Below are positions 25,844 through 38,034 of a stretch of 64,000 nucleotides of DNA, in pieces. This stretch comes from Squalus acanthias (lineage: Eukaryota): contig CM059431.1 in the NCBI GenBank assembly GCA_030390025.1, forward strand, positions 134,480,001-134,544,000, in the 5' to 3' direction. The translations under genes were made by a program, and so were the position numbers. Position 1 is the first letter of the stretch; each line of letters starts with the position of its first letter. A model generated the notes under the pieces. The model was given only the letters and a program-made list of their open reading frames with translations. It did no database searches and had not been told where the DNA came from.

Positions 25844-26328
25844 GAGTGGAAATTTTTGAGACGAGAATAACTTTTTTTAAAAACTTACTGTATTACAGTG
25901 TATACTGTAGAAAATAAATCATCAATCAGGAAATTCAAGATAACTGCAAAAATCTCATAGTTTGGATAATATAATCTGTTCAAACCAATTAGAATATCAA
26001 CTGAACACCTGAATTACACCATAGGAGCAATTTTACAAGTTCACACTCCTGCTGCGTAGCCTCATCTGTCGGCAGGACATATTGTGAATTCAGTCACCTG
26101 CTTTCCTTGATCTTCTGTTCACAGAAAATTGTGGAGGCGTGCGCCCAAATCAGTGATATGCTCATGGCAGGTGAAGCTTTGTCCCGGTGAATAGACTCAT
26201 AGCATTACTCCTACTACAATCACCTTGTAACTCACTGCCAGTTATCTATGATCATATATCAATAATTAAAGAAACAGGAAATAATTAAATAAACCCAGAC
26301 TTTAATTTTTTTGTTGTTGTTAGAATAC

Positions 26329-26414
26329 CTTGTGATCGACTCCCAGATCCCCTTGCCTTCTGAATCCTCATCACTGAGAAGATCTTCATTAACTTTATCC
26401 GGCTTTTTGTGTAC
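26329..26414 (-). CDS. UGGT2: UGGT2 coding exon (VHKKPDKVNEDLLSDEDSEGKGIWESIT+2 nt)
   Basis: TTACAG acceptor, GTATTC donor; 86 nt; lies within ORF 26259..26522; phase consistent with both neighbouring exons. Confidence 0.92.
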
Positions 26415-26479
26415 CTGTAAGTAAATAAAAATAAAACTGGAATTGACATCATTTATAACTGAAGCACATGAAACACATT

Positions 26480-27233
26480 GGGCCAGAAATTCGGCTTTCC
26501 GGCTTCCTGCGGGTGCAAGCATCGCGCGCGTACTTGCCTACCGCGCCTGCCATTGTGCTTTGGGCCCACGAGGACTTCGGGTCCTGGGCCTCCTGCAGCT
26601 GCCGGCGCGCAGTGCTTGTGTATCCCAGGGGCGCAGTTAGTTCGAAGTGTCCCCTGGGATCACGTGGGCCATGGAGAGCCAATCCTAGCAGGGCATTTTC
26701 ATTCATAGATTTGACAGGACGACTTGTCAAATCTATGAATAGAGATCGGCCCCAAAACCACACTTAAACTTCAAACACATTTTTTTTTAAAATCACACTT
26801 TTTAAATAACTATAAGTTAAATAAATTAACTACTTTAAACAAAAATTTAAATTTTTGAAAAAATTAATTATACTTTTTAACGGTGCTAAAAATAAACGTA
26901 CCTTTCTTTAAAGTATCTAAAAAAGATAAACCTGTTGAAAAATTTTAAAAATTGTAATTAATTAACCACTTACCTTGTTAAAAACAGGCCTTTTTAAAAG
27001 CGCAGCTTCTTCATACTTACCTTCCCGGAGAAACCTGAAAAAAAAACCTAAGTTCGCTGCGTGCGCGCAGCCTCTCCGGCGCACGCGTTCGACTTCTGAA
27101 CCCCTGCCTTCAGGGGAACGGAAGTTCCGGTTTCCCGTGCATGCGCAGTGCATGCAGGAAACCGGCACTTCAGGTGGCCTTACGGGTGAGTACACAGCGC
27201 GTACTCACCCGACAACAGCCGAATTTCTGTGTG
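26480..27233. mobile_element. Harbinger MITE with internal palindromes
   Basis: Left TIR GGGCCAGAAATTCGGCT, right AGCCGAATTTCTG (outermost bases degraded); AT-rich core; related to 45061-45758. Confidence 0.75.
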
Positions 27234-28228
27234 TATTGTGTACAACAAACCCAAGTTTACAATATTGCTAAGAGTGAACTAAATTTTCTGACAAGTGTGT
27301 TAATATATTTGTGCTCGCCCCAAGTATTGGGCATAGAATTATCTCTTCGATAACTTTAAAGACACTCAGCCTTGGGTTACTAACATTACAAGATGAAAGT
27401 TGTGCTTTAAATCATAATTCTGTTTCTCTCTCCCAAAGTCAGTACACAAATGCATAAGTCACATTGGTATAAATACAGATACAGTGGAACTAATAAAAAC
27501 AATATAAATATTAAAGACATTTAGAATACAGCTGAAGGCAAATTTCACCCAATGGAGCAATCTCACTTTCCGAATGAAGATCTTTTATAACCTTGGGTTT
27601 GTTTGTTCACCAGATGGGAGATTTATTTGCTCTTACATATTTATATAGAAATGCCCCTCGTCATTTTTGCAATATCTCCAAAGATTTCTCTTTTGTTCCT
27701 TATACATGGTTCAGTGTCACACCAATTCAGTTAACTTTTTTCCCATTGGTAGCATTTTATCCCAGTGTCTTGCATTAGCAAAATATTGACAAGGTACTTT
27801 TAGACATCTTGGCAACTTTTACTACTTGCAGTCAATGGGGGTGATTTAAGAGATTGGCATAGATGGGGCGCACGGTGGGTGGGGTTTCCGTTGCGCCTAC
27901 CCAATGCCGTTAACGGGAGACCAATCAATTTTCATCGATGGGCCTCCTTACACGCAACAGGTATACAGTGGAGTTGCCCAAGCTTCAATACTAGGACCAC
28001 TGCTGTTTTTGATATACATTACTGACTTGGACTTGGGGCGACAGGACATAATTTCAAAATTTGCAGATGACACGAAACTTGGATTGGAAGTGTAATAAAC
28101 AGTGAGGAAGATAGCAATAGACTTCAAGAGGACATAGACAGGCTGGCAGACACATGGCAGATGAAATTCAATGGCAAAAAGTGTGAGGTGATACATTTTG
28201 GTAGGAAGAATGAGAAGAGACAATACAA

Positions 28229-28829
28229 TACAGTACAAAGAAGGTTCACTCGGTTAATCCCCGGGATGAGGGGGTGGACATACGAGGAGAGGTTGAGTAG
28301 ATTGGGACTCTACTCATTGGAGTTCAGAAGAATGAGAGGCGATCTTATTGAAACATATAAGATTGCGAAGGGGCTTGATCGGGTGGATGCAGTAAGGATG
28401 TTCCCAAGGATGGGTGAAACTAGAACTAGGGGGCATAATCTTAGAATAAGGGGCTGCTCTTTCAAAACTGAGATGAGGAGAAACTTCTTCACTCAGAGGG
28501 TAGTAGGTCTGTGGAATTTGCTGCCCCAGGAAGCTGTGGAAGCTACATCATTAAATAAATTTAAAACAGAAATAGACAGTTTCCTAGAAGTAAAGGGAAT
28601 TAGGGGTTACGGGGAGCGGGCAGGAAATTGGACATGAGGCTGAGTTCGGATCGGTCGAGGCCCTGTGGGTGGCGTAGCGGGCCCAGGGGCTGAGTGGCCG
28701 GGTCCTGCTCCTACTTCTTGTGTTCTTTAGATTTGAGGTGAGGATCAGATCAGCCATGATCTTATTGAATGGCGGAGCAGGCTCGAAGGGCCGATTGGCC
28801 TACTCCTGCTCCTATTTCTTATGTTCTTA
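28229..28829 (+). mobile_element. Young 5'-truncated CR1
   Basis: Near-identical to 1986-2490; (TTCTTATG)n tail. Confidence 0.9.
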
Positions 28830-29025
28830 TTAAGCTAAATGGTGAAATTTTAATGGGGGTGCAAGAAGAGAGACCTGGGGGTGTTTGAGCACAAATCTTT
28901 GGAGATAGCAGGACAGGTTAACAAAGCAGTCAATAAAACATATGGGATCCTGGGCTTTATAAATAGAGGCATAGAGTACAAAAGCCAGGAAGTTATGCTC
29001 AACCTATATAAAGCAATAGTTCAGC

Positions 29026-30327
29026 AACTTTGCTTCCAATTTCCACCCTTCCCTCGCCTCCACATGGTCTATCTCCAACTATTCCCTTCCGTTCCTCGAC
29101 TTCTCTGTCTCCATTTCTGGGAATAGGCTATCGACTAATATCCACTATAAGCCCACTGACTCCCACAGCTACCTTGACTACACTTCCTCCTACCCTGCTT
29201 CCTATAAAGACTCTATTCCATTCTCCCAGTTTCTCCGTCGCATCTGTTCTGACGATGCCACTTTCCATACCAGTGCTTCCGATATGTATTCCTTTTCCTC
29301 AACTGAGGATTCCCCTCCAACGTGGTTGACGTCCTCGAAGTGGCTGTTCCATTTCCCGCATTTCTGCTCCCGCCCCTTCCCCTCCCTCCCAGAACCACGA
29401 TAGGGTTCCCCTTGTCCTCACATTCTACTCCACCAGCCTCCAAATTCAACGGATCATCCTCTGCCATTTCCGCCACCTCCAGTATGATCCAACACCAACC
29501 ACACCTTCCCTCCGTGACACTCCGGTCCACTCCTCTATCACCCCCAACACCCATTCCCCTTCCCATGGCACCTTCCCGTGCAAGCGCAGGAGATGCAACA
29601 CCTGCCCTTTTACCTCCTCCGTTCCCACCATCCAGGGCCCCAAACACTCCTTCCAGATGAAACAGTGATTTACTTGTACTTCTTTCAATTTAGTATACTG
29701 TATTCACTGCTCACGATTGGGGAGAGCAAAAGCAGATTCGGTGACTGCTTTGCGCAACATCTCCGTTCAGTTTGCAAGGGTGACCCCGAGCTTCCGGTTA
29801 CCTGTCACTTTAATTCTCCGCCCCACTCCTACTCTGACCTCGGCCTCCTACTCTGTTCCAATAAAACTCAACGTAAGCTCGAGGAGCACCACCTAATCTT
29901 CTATTAGGCACTTTGCAGCCTTCCGGACTCAACATTGAGTTCAACAGTTTCAGAAAGTAACCTCTGCCCCATTTTTTTGGACGGCAACTGTTGCTGATGA
30001 TTCTGATATTCCCATTTACACCTCCTCTAGACCCATCTTCATCTCCTTTCGCCTTGCACCATCATCCCTTTTGTCATTTAATGTCTCCTGCCTTCCACCC
30101 TATCACAGACATTCCCCTTTGTTCTTTCCTTCCCCCCCTTTACCAGCCTCTGCACTTGCTTAAAATCTGATACATCTCTAACTTTTTCCAGTTCTGACGA
30201 AAGGTCATCGACCTGAAATGTTAACTCTGTTTCTCTCTCCACAGATGCTGCCTAGCCTGCTAAGTATTTCTAGCATTTTCTGCTTTTATTTCAGATTTCC
30301 AGCATCCGCAGTATTTTGCTTTTGGAC
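29026..30327 (+). mobile_element. Penelope-like element, 5'-truncated (RT C-terminus + GIY-YIG endonuclease + pLTR)
   Basis: PFLD, YKPTDSHSYLDY, NLVYCIHC and IGESKSRFGDCFAQH...CHFN motifs; 9-bp TSD TAGTTCAGC (29017-29025, 30328-30336). Confidence 0.88.
30190..30226 (+). ncRNA. Minimal hammerhead ribozyme motif in the Penelope pLTR
   Basis: AGTT-CTGACGA-A-AGGTC/GACCT-GAAA-TG-TT-AACT; stem III palindrome is probably decayed from AACGTT. Confidence 0.68.
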
Positions 30328-31315
30328 TAGTTCAGCCCCAGCTGATGTATTGTGTCCAATTTTCAGAACCACACTTTAGGAAGGACGTGAAGACTTTGGA
30401 GAGGGTACAGAAGAGATTTACTAGAATGGTTCCAGGGATGAGGGATTACAGTTACGTGGATAGACTAGAGAAGCTGGGGTTGTTTTCCTTAGAGCAAGGA
30501 AGGCTAAGAGGGGATTTGATAGAGGTGTTTAAAATCATGAAGGGTTTAGATAGAGTAAATAAAGAGAAACTGTTTCCAATGGCTGAAGGGTCGATAATGA
30601 GAGGGCACAGATTTAAGGTGATTGGCAAAAAAATCAGTGGGGACATGAGGAAAAACTTTTTTACACAACGAGGGTTAGGATTTGGAATGCACTGAGAGCG
30701 AGGTGAATACAGATTCAATAGTAGCCTTCAAAGGGAATTAGATAAATACTTGAAGGAGAAAAAAATTGCATGGATATGAGGAAAGAGTGGGACTAACTGG
30801 ATTGCTCTGTGAAAGAGCAGGCGGAGGCTCGATAGATCGAATGGCCTCCTTCTGTGCTGTACTATTCTATAATTCAATGAACAGGCGAGCTGCCAGCACT
30901 AATCGCCCTCTTTATAGGCAGCACACCATTTGGGAGGGCAGCAAATTCGGCAGACCACTTAAAGGCAGCCTACAACTCTTAAAGGGGAAGTGCACCTTTC
31001 AAGGTTGATTGGTGGAGTGCGCGTTACTGAGGCAGCAGGTAGCATAATGTCCTCCATAACCAATGTTCCCGTTAAGTGGCGCGGCCGCACAGCAGTCTGG
31101 AGGTCCCGCGCAGGCTGCTCAATGGCTTTGCAATTGAAATAACCACGCATGCGCGAGAGAATGAATGGGCCTCACAGCTCGTTAAAGGGGCCATGAACCC
31201 CAAAATAATTAGTGGGAACATTATCCCTCTGTACCCTCTCCAAAGTCTTTACGTCCTTCCTAAAGTGTGTTTCGAAAATTGGACACAATGCTCCAGCTGG
31301 GGCTGAACTAGTACA

Positions 31316-32489
31316 ACAGTGGGATGTTGTCTACATGGATTTTCGGAAGGCGTTTGACCAAGTACCACATAGAAGGCTGGTTAACAAAATTTAGGCTCAT
31401 GGAATAGGTGGGTCAGTGGCAGCTTGGATAAGGAATTGGCTTAAGGACAGAAAGCAGGGAGTTGTGGTAAATGGCTGTTTTTCAGACTGGAGGATGGTAG
31501 ACAGTGGTGTTCCCCAAGGGTCAGTGCTGGGGCCACTGCTTTTTTTGATATATATAAATGACCTGGATATTGGAATACAGAGTAGAATTTCTAAATTTGC
31601 CGATGACACCAAACTTGGGGGTGTGGCGAACAGTGAGGATGATACCAATCGACTGCAACAGGACATAGAAAGGCTAGCAGAATGGGCAGACAAGTGGCAG
31701 ATGGAATTTAATACAGAGAAGTGTGAGGTGATGCATTTTGGCAGAAGGAACAGGGAGAGGCAATATACACTTAATGGCACAGTTTTAAAGAGTGTGCAAG
31801 GACAGAGGGACCTGGAAGTTAATGTGCTTGGTCCCTGAAGGTGGCGGGACATATTGAGAGACTGGTTAGCAAAGCATATGGGATCTTGGGCTTCATAAAT
31901 AGAGGTATTGAGTACAAAAGTAGAGAAGTTATGCTGAACCTTTATAAAGTGCTGGTTAGGCCACAACTGGAGTATTGCGTCCAGTTCTGGTCACCACACT
32001 TTAGGAAGGATGTGAAGGTGCAGAGGAGATTTACCAGAATGGTTCCGTGGATGGGGAATCTTAGCTACAAGGACAGGCTGGAGAAGCTGGATTTGTTTTC
32101 ATTAGAGCAAAGGAGGTTGAGGGGTGATTTGATAGAGGTGTACAAGATTATGACAGGTTTGGATAGGCTAGACGGGGAAAGGCTGTTCCCAGCCACAATC
32201 CATCTGTTCTACACAGATTTAAGGTTTTGGGCAAGAGATACAGGGGGGATGTGAGGACAAACTTTTTTACGCAGCGAGTGATGAGGATCTGGACCTCGTT
32301 GCCGACGGAAGTGGTGGAAGCGGAGACACTTAATGTTTTCAAGGGGAGACTGGATAGACACTTCAGGGAAATAAACTTGCAGGGCTACGGGGATAGAGCG
32401 GGGGAATGGGACTGACTGGATTGCTCTACAGAGAGCCGGCACGGACTCAATGGGCTGAATGGCCTCCTTCTGTGCCATTATGACTCTAT
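31316..32489 (+). mobile_element. CR1 LINE 3' part (tail continues at 33762-33790)
   Basis: ORFs 31416..31838 and 31841..32254; (TATGACTC)n tail split by a MITE. Confidence 0.88.
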
Positions 32490-33761
32490 GGGCTGGATTT
32501 TGTGAATGGAGACGTGCTGGAGGCAGGACTGCTGCTTGTCGGGTCTAAGTCCCGCCTCCATCATGTTCTGGCCAACCAGAGGGATTTTCGCCTGATTGAC
32601 CTTGTTAAGCCCGCCCTGCGGGCTCAGCAGGCCAATTAGGTGGAAGTCATTGACAGAGCACGTCAACGTCTGACGTGCCATCTGTCAAGACTTCTTGAAA
32701 GAAGAAATGTCAGCGTTTGACAGCTCTGTGAAGCTGTCAAACACTGATATTCTGTGTAGTTTGATGAGTTCTTGTGTTCAGGACTCATCAAACATTTCAA
32801 CTTTGTAGAAAGCAGATGACTATTGGTTCGGAGGATCCAACTGCCAGTCTGTGAAATCTACAACGAAGATGTCGGGACTCCGGAACCACCGCGGCTGAAG
32901 GCTGTAGGCAGAAACAAAGGTAAGTGAACATTTTATAACACTTAACACTCACCTCACATACTTACCACTCCACACATGCACCCATTACTCACCTCTACAT
33001 CTCACTTTCAGGCCCCTCCAACCCCCGCAGACCTCCTACTCGACTCCTCCAACCCGGTGGGATTCTCCGAGGTCGGGAAGCCTTCACTTGAAAAGGTAAA
33101 ATGACACTAATCCTTTTTTCTGCCTGTTACCTACCTGTTAACATAGAAACATAGAATCTAGGAGCAGGAGTAGGCCATTCGGCCCGTCGAGCCTGCTCCG
33201 CCATTCAATACGATCATGGCTGATCATCCAAATCCAGTACCCTGTCCCTGCTTTAATCCCCACAGTACACATATCCCACCCTACCCCCGTAACCCCACGT
33301 ATTTAATTCCCCCTAACATATCCCATCCTATCCCCATAACCCCACATATTTAATCCCCCCTAACACTAAGGGTCAATTTATCATAGCCAAATCAACCTAA
33401 CCCACACATTTTTGGACTGTGGGAGGAAACCGGAGCACCCGGAGGAAACCCACGCAGACACGGGGAGAATGTGCAAACTCCACACAGACAGTCACCCGAG
33501 GTCAGATTCGAACCCGGGTCTCTGGCGCTGTGAGGCACCAGTGCTAACCACTATGCCACCGTGTTGCCCAGGCAGTTAAAAGGATTTAATCCCTTTCCCG
33601 CCTCGAGGAGACAGGACCCAAAGCAGGACATCTTCCTGCCTCATGGCAAAAGGGCACGGAGTCGGGATGGGGGCGGGTTTGCCATCCGCCCCCACTTTCT
33701 GCAACTTTACCGGCTGTCCCGCCTCCATACCCGCCTCCTCGGGGCTGACAAAATCCAGCCC
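32490..33761. mobile_element. Harbinger-type MITE inserted in a CR1 tail
   Basis: Perfect TIRs GGGCTGGATTTT/AAAATCCAGCCC with 3-bp TSD TAT. Confidence 0.85.
33140..33569 (-). mobile_element. V-SINE (HE1-like): tRNA head, V domain, CR1-derived tail
   Basis: Minus strand has TGGCATAGTGG A box, GGTTCGAATC B box, GTGGGTTTCCTCCGGGTGCTCCGGTTTCCTCCCACA V-domain core, CR1 stem-loop and (TTCTATGT)-like tail. Confidence 0.88.
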
Positions 33762-33795
33762 TATGACTCTATGACCCTCTGATTCTCCAATGCAA

Positions 33796-33947
33796 CCGTG
33801 AAGGTGGTCGTGGAACAACTGAAGAACAGGAATCAGATTGAGCAGCAGTGGAGAGAGATGGCAGGGCAGGTCAATGACAGCAGCATAGGTATAAGGACCT
33901 GGTTGCAGTGCAGTAAGAAATTTAAAGACCTTACCAGGACTGCCAAG
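33796..33947 (+). pseudogene. Harbinger Myb/SANT-like exon remnant
   Basis: QQWREMAGQVN...RTWLQCSKKFKDL followed by GTAAGA donor. Confidence 0.7.
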
Positions 33948-34642
33948 GTAAGACTTGTTGAAATGCTCCTTGAGAGACAAGCTTGGAGCTATTGGGGGTT
34001 AAATTGGATAGACCCCAAAAACGGGCAGGGGGATCACGATGCGAGATTAACTTGCACCCGTTCAGTGTAATGCAGGCAGCATGCCAACTTCGTTATAATG
34101 ATTTCTGCATGCAGCCAGCACAACTGCGCTGTTGTTGGCTACACGCATCAGCAGGGGGCCCAATATCGTTCGTAACCTGCACTACTTAAAGGCAGCCTGC
34201 ACTACTTAAAGCTAGCATGCACCTCTTAAAGGGGAGATGGATTGTGGTTGGTGCAGGTTCTGGGAGTAATTCTGCAACTGAATCTGAGCTGGGAAAGAGT
34301 GAAGAATGCCTGACCATGGGGGAGAGCGGGCATTCAGTTTTTCGGATCCTGCACTGGAGTTTTGTTGGAGGAAGTGGATAGGAGAGATGTCCTGTACCCT
34401 CGGGGGGTTGGGGGGTAGGAAGTCCTCCAGACACATGATGAGAAGGCAGTGGGAACAGATAGCCGCGGAGGTCAATACCAGGAGCGTAGCCCCAAGGACA
34501 TGGATGCAGTGCCTCATATGAGTGGTCAAGGTCAGTGAATTCTTCTTTAAATGCCAATCCTACCAACTGCACCACTAGCCTCAGCCACTGCTCAATTCAC
34601 CACACCCCCATCACGCACCTACCAACAATCTCTATCAATCAG

Positions 34643-36481
34643 AACATAAGAATTAGGAGCAGGAGTAGGCAATATGGCCCCTCGAGACTGCCCCGCCATT
34701 CATAAGAACATAAGACATAGGAGCAGGAGTCGGTCATTTGGCCCCTCGAGCCTGCTCTGCCATTCAATAAGATCATGGCTGATCTGATCTTGGCCTCAAC
34801 TCCACTTCCCTGCCCGCTCCCCATAACCCTTGACTCCCTTATCGTTCAAAAATCTGTCTATCTCCAGCTTAAATATATTCAATGACTCAGCCTCCACAGC
34901 TCTCTGGGGAAGAGAATTCCAAAGATTCACGACCCTCTGAGAGAAGAAATTCCTCCTCATTTCCGATTTAAATGGGTGACCCCTTATTCTGAAATTATGC
35001 CCCCTAGTTCTAGATTCCCCCACGAGGGGAAACATCCTCTCTGCATCTACCCTGTCAAGCCCAATCAGAATCTTATGTTTCAATAAGATCCCCTCTCATT
35101 CTTCTAAACTCCAATGAGTATAGGCCCAACCTGCTCAACCTTTCTTCATAAGACAACCCCTTTATCTCCGGAATCAACCTCGTGAACCTTCTCTGAACTG
35201 CCTCCAATGCAAGTATATCCTTCCTTAAATAAGGAGACCAAAACTGTACGCAGTACTCCAGGTGTGGTCTCACCAACGTCCTGTACAGTTGTAACAGGAC
35301 TTCCCTACTTTTATACTCCATTCCTTTTGTAATAAAGGCCAACACTCCATTTGCCTTCCTAATTACTTGCTGTACCTGCATGCTAACTTTTTGTGATTCA
35401 TGTACAAGGACCCCCAGATCCCTCTGTACCTCAGCATTTTGTAATCTCTCCCCATTTAAATAATAATTTGCTTTTTTATTTGTCCTACCAAAGTGGATAA
35501 CCTCGCATTTTCCCACATTATACTCCATCTGCCAGATTTTTGCCCACTCACTTAGCCTATCTATATCCCTTTGGAGATTCTTTGCGTCCTCCACACAATT
35601 TGCTTTCCCACCTATCTTTGTATCATCAGCAAATTTGGCTACATTATATTCTACCATGCTATGATCACTCTTCCCAAGAGGATCCTTCACTTCGAGATCA
35701 TTAATTAATCCAGCCTCGTTACACATTACCATATCTAAAATAGTCTTCTCCCTGGTTGGTTCCACAACGTATTGTTCCAAGAAACCATCCCGTATACACT
35801 CTAAAAACGCTTCCTCAAGTCTACCTTTGTCAATTTGCTTTGTCCAATCAATATGAAGATTAAAATCTCCCATGATTATAGCCATACCTTTCTTACAAGC
35901 CTCTATTATCTCTTGATTTGTTATCTGTCCTACAGTGTGTACAGGCCCCCAAACAGTAGCCACACTGTAGGACAGATAACAAATCAAGAGATAATAGAGG
36001 CTTGTAAGAAAGGTATGGCTATAATCATGGGAGATTTTAATCTTCATATTGATTGGACAAAGTGAACCTTCGTTGCACCGCCTCTAAGGCAAGTATATCT
36101 TTTCTCAGATAAGGAGACCAAAACTATGCATGGTACTCCAGGTGTGATCTCACCAAAGCCCTGGCCAATTGCAGCAAAACTTCCTTACTCTTGTACTCCA
36201 ACCCCCATGCAATAAAGGCCAACATGCCATTTGCCTTCCTAATTGCTTGCTGTACCTGCATGTTAACTTTCTATGTTTCCTGGACAGGACAACTAAATCT
36301 CTCTGAACACCAACATTTAATAGTTTTTCACCATTTAAAAAAATATTCTGTTTTTCTATTCTTCCTACCAAAGTGAATAACCTCACATTTTCCCACATTA
36401 TACTCCATCTGCCACCTTATTACACACTCACTTAATCTGTGTATATCCCTTTGCAGGCTCTTTGTGTCCTCCTCACAGCTT
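34643..36481 (-). mobile_element. Nested CR1 insertions with internal deletion and 5' foldback
   Basis: AATCAG at both junctions (34637-34642, 36482-36487); two 3' tails; ORF 35073..36047. Confidence 0.85.
35838..36062. repeat. Perfect inverted repeat, 102-bp arms, 21-nt loop
   Basis: 35838-35939 is the reverse complement of 35961-36062 (CR1 endonuclease sequence). Confidence 0.92.
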
Positions 36482-38034
36482 AATCAGGACTCATACCTAA
36501 CATTCATATGCTTCACTTCACCCTCATACACTTAGCACTATTGTAAGCCGCACACCCACATCTCACACCTTTAACACACTGTCAGCTATTCAACCATGAC
36601 AGCCATATCACCCAAACATATTGCACGACACTCACCGATGCACTTCCCTCACTCTTGCAGGAGACGGTGGCGCACAACCAGAGGCAGCAGGAACTAAGCG
36701 GAGGGGGAGAGGCATGTCTGCATATTCTAACTCCCACAGAGGAGACGGTGCTGGCCATTATGGGAAGGGCCATTTCTGAGGCCGTGGCCACCAGTGGGGC
36801 TGAATCCATTGAAGATGATGGTATATTCATACCTAATCCTCCTTCTCTCATCCCACTTCCCCATCATCCTTAACTCTCTTCTGACTTTCAGGCTGCAGAT
36901 GGTGTAAGCATGCACTTCTTACTTTCTCCTCTCCCCTTAGCACAACCCAACCCTTGTTCCTTTTTCATTTCAGATACCCAAGAACTACAACCTGCCCAGG
37001 CAGTGGTGGAAAAACAGGAAGAGAGTGATGATGAAGACACACCGTCACTTGATTTCACACTCACTGCCACCAGCTCAGATACTGACACTGCGCGTATGTA
37101 TCTTAGAGGGTAGCATAGTGGTGGGATCGGCATGTGGCGAGACACCAGGCACAAGTAGCCTGCATCCAGGGCAGGGGGCCGAAATGCTTGGTGCATTGGG
37201 AAGCCTGCCAGAAAGCCTGCATTCAATATCAAGGAGCAAGGAGGAGTCTAGCACCAACTTGACATGGGACATTGCACAGAGCTTGGAGCCCATCCTTTCC
37301 AGCATGGAACTGGTGGCCAACTCCATCAACACACTTGTGGAATCAACCATGATGCAGCGTCTGACGGCCGATGTCTCAGCTTCCATTGCAGCACAAGCAG
37401 CAGCCATCCAATGTGCTGCAGTGTAAGCTCAGACTGTTGCCATCATGGCTCTGGATACCAGTGTTCAAAGGGGCTTCCAGAGTGTCACAACAGTCCAGCA
37501 ATCTGTCCTCCAACAGATTAATGGATTGCTGAGGCACCACACTGGGAGAGTGGCAGTGGCTCCATGGACCACGAACCTGCTGTCCGCTCTCACGGTGATA
37601 GTATTTGTGCTCACACCCCTGCCACTTCGCCAGTGCCCTTGCTGTTGCTCATCAGCCAGCCAGCCCAGACTGCTGCTGCCCAGGCCGAGATGGTGCAGTC
37701 TGAAGCCGAGCCTTCTAGGCCCAGAGCTGCTCGAGGTCATCTTGCAAGGCCACCTGCAGTCTCCGACACTGAAAGTCAGCAACCTTCCACCAGCCATGCT
37801 GCAGCCACTGGGATAGCATTTTGTAGGAGCACTAGGACAGGCAAAGGCACACGGAAGACAGACACCAAGGGAATGCACAAAGGTGATTAGTATAATTTTG
37901 TATACAATAGGGCGTGATTCAATTTATAAATTTGGATTGGAATGTGTATTTTGTGTTGGCTTTTATTTTTGCATTGTGGCCAAGAGGACGATGTGATGGT
38001 CAGTGACAGGGGGAAGGTAAGTAGTGTGCGACTG

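Larger units (their letters stand above)
27960..30880 (+). mobile_element. Old CR1 LINE hosting a young CR1 and a Penelope element
   Basis: FADD at about 28060; sequence continues at 28830-29025 and 30328-30880. Confidence 0.8.

Noticed and set aside
33500..33569. tRNA gene (also 16408-16475 and 63533-63553)
   Set aside because: These are SINE heads or a PBS; no complete cloverleaf with terminator.
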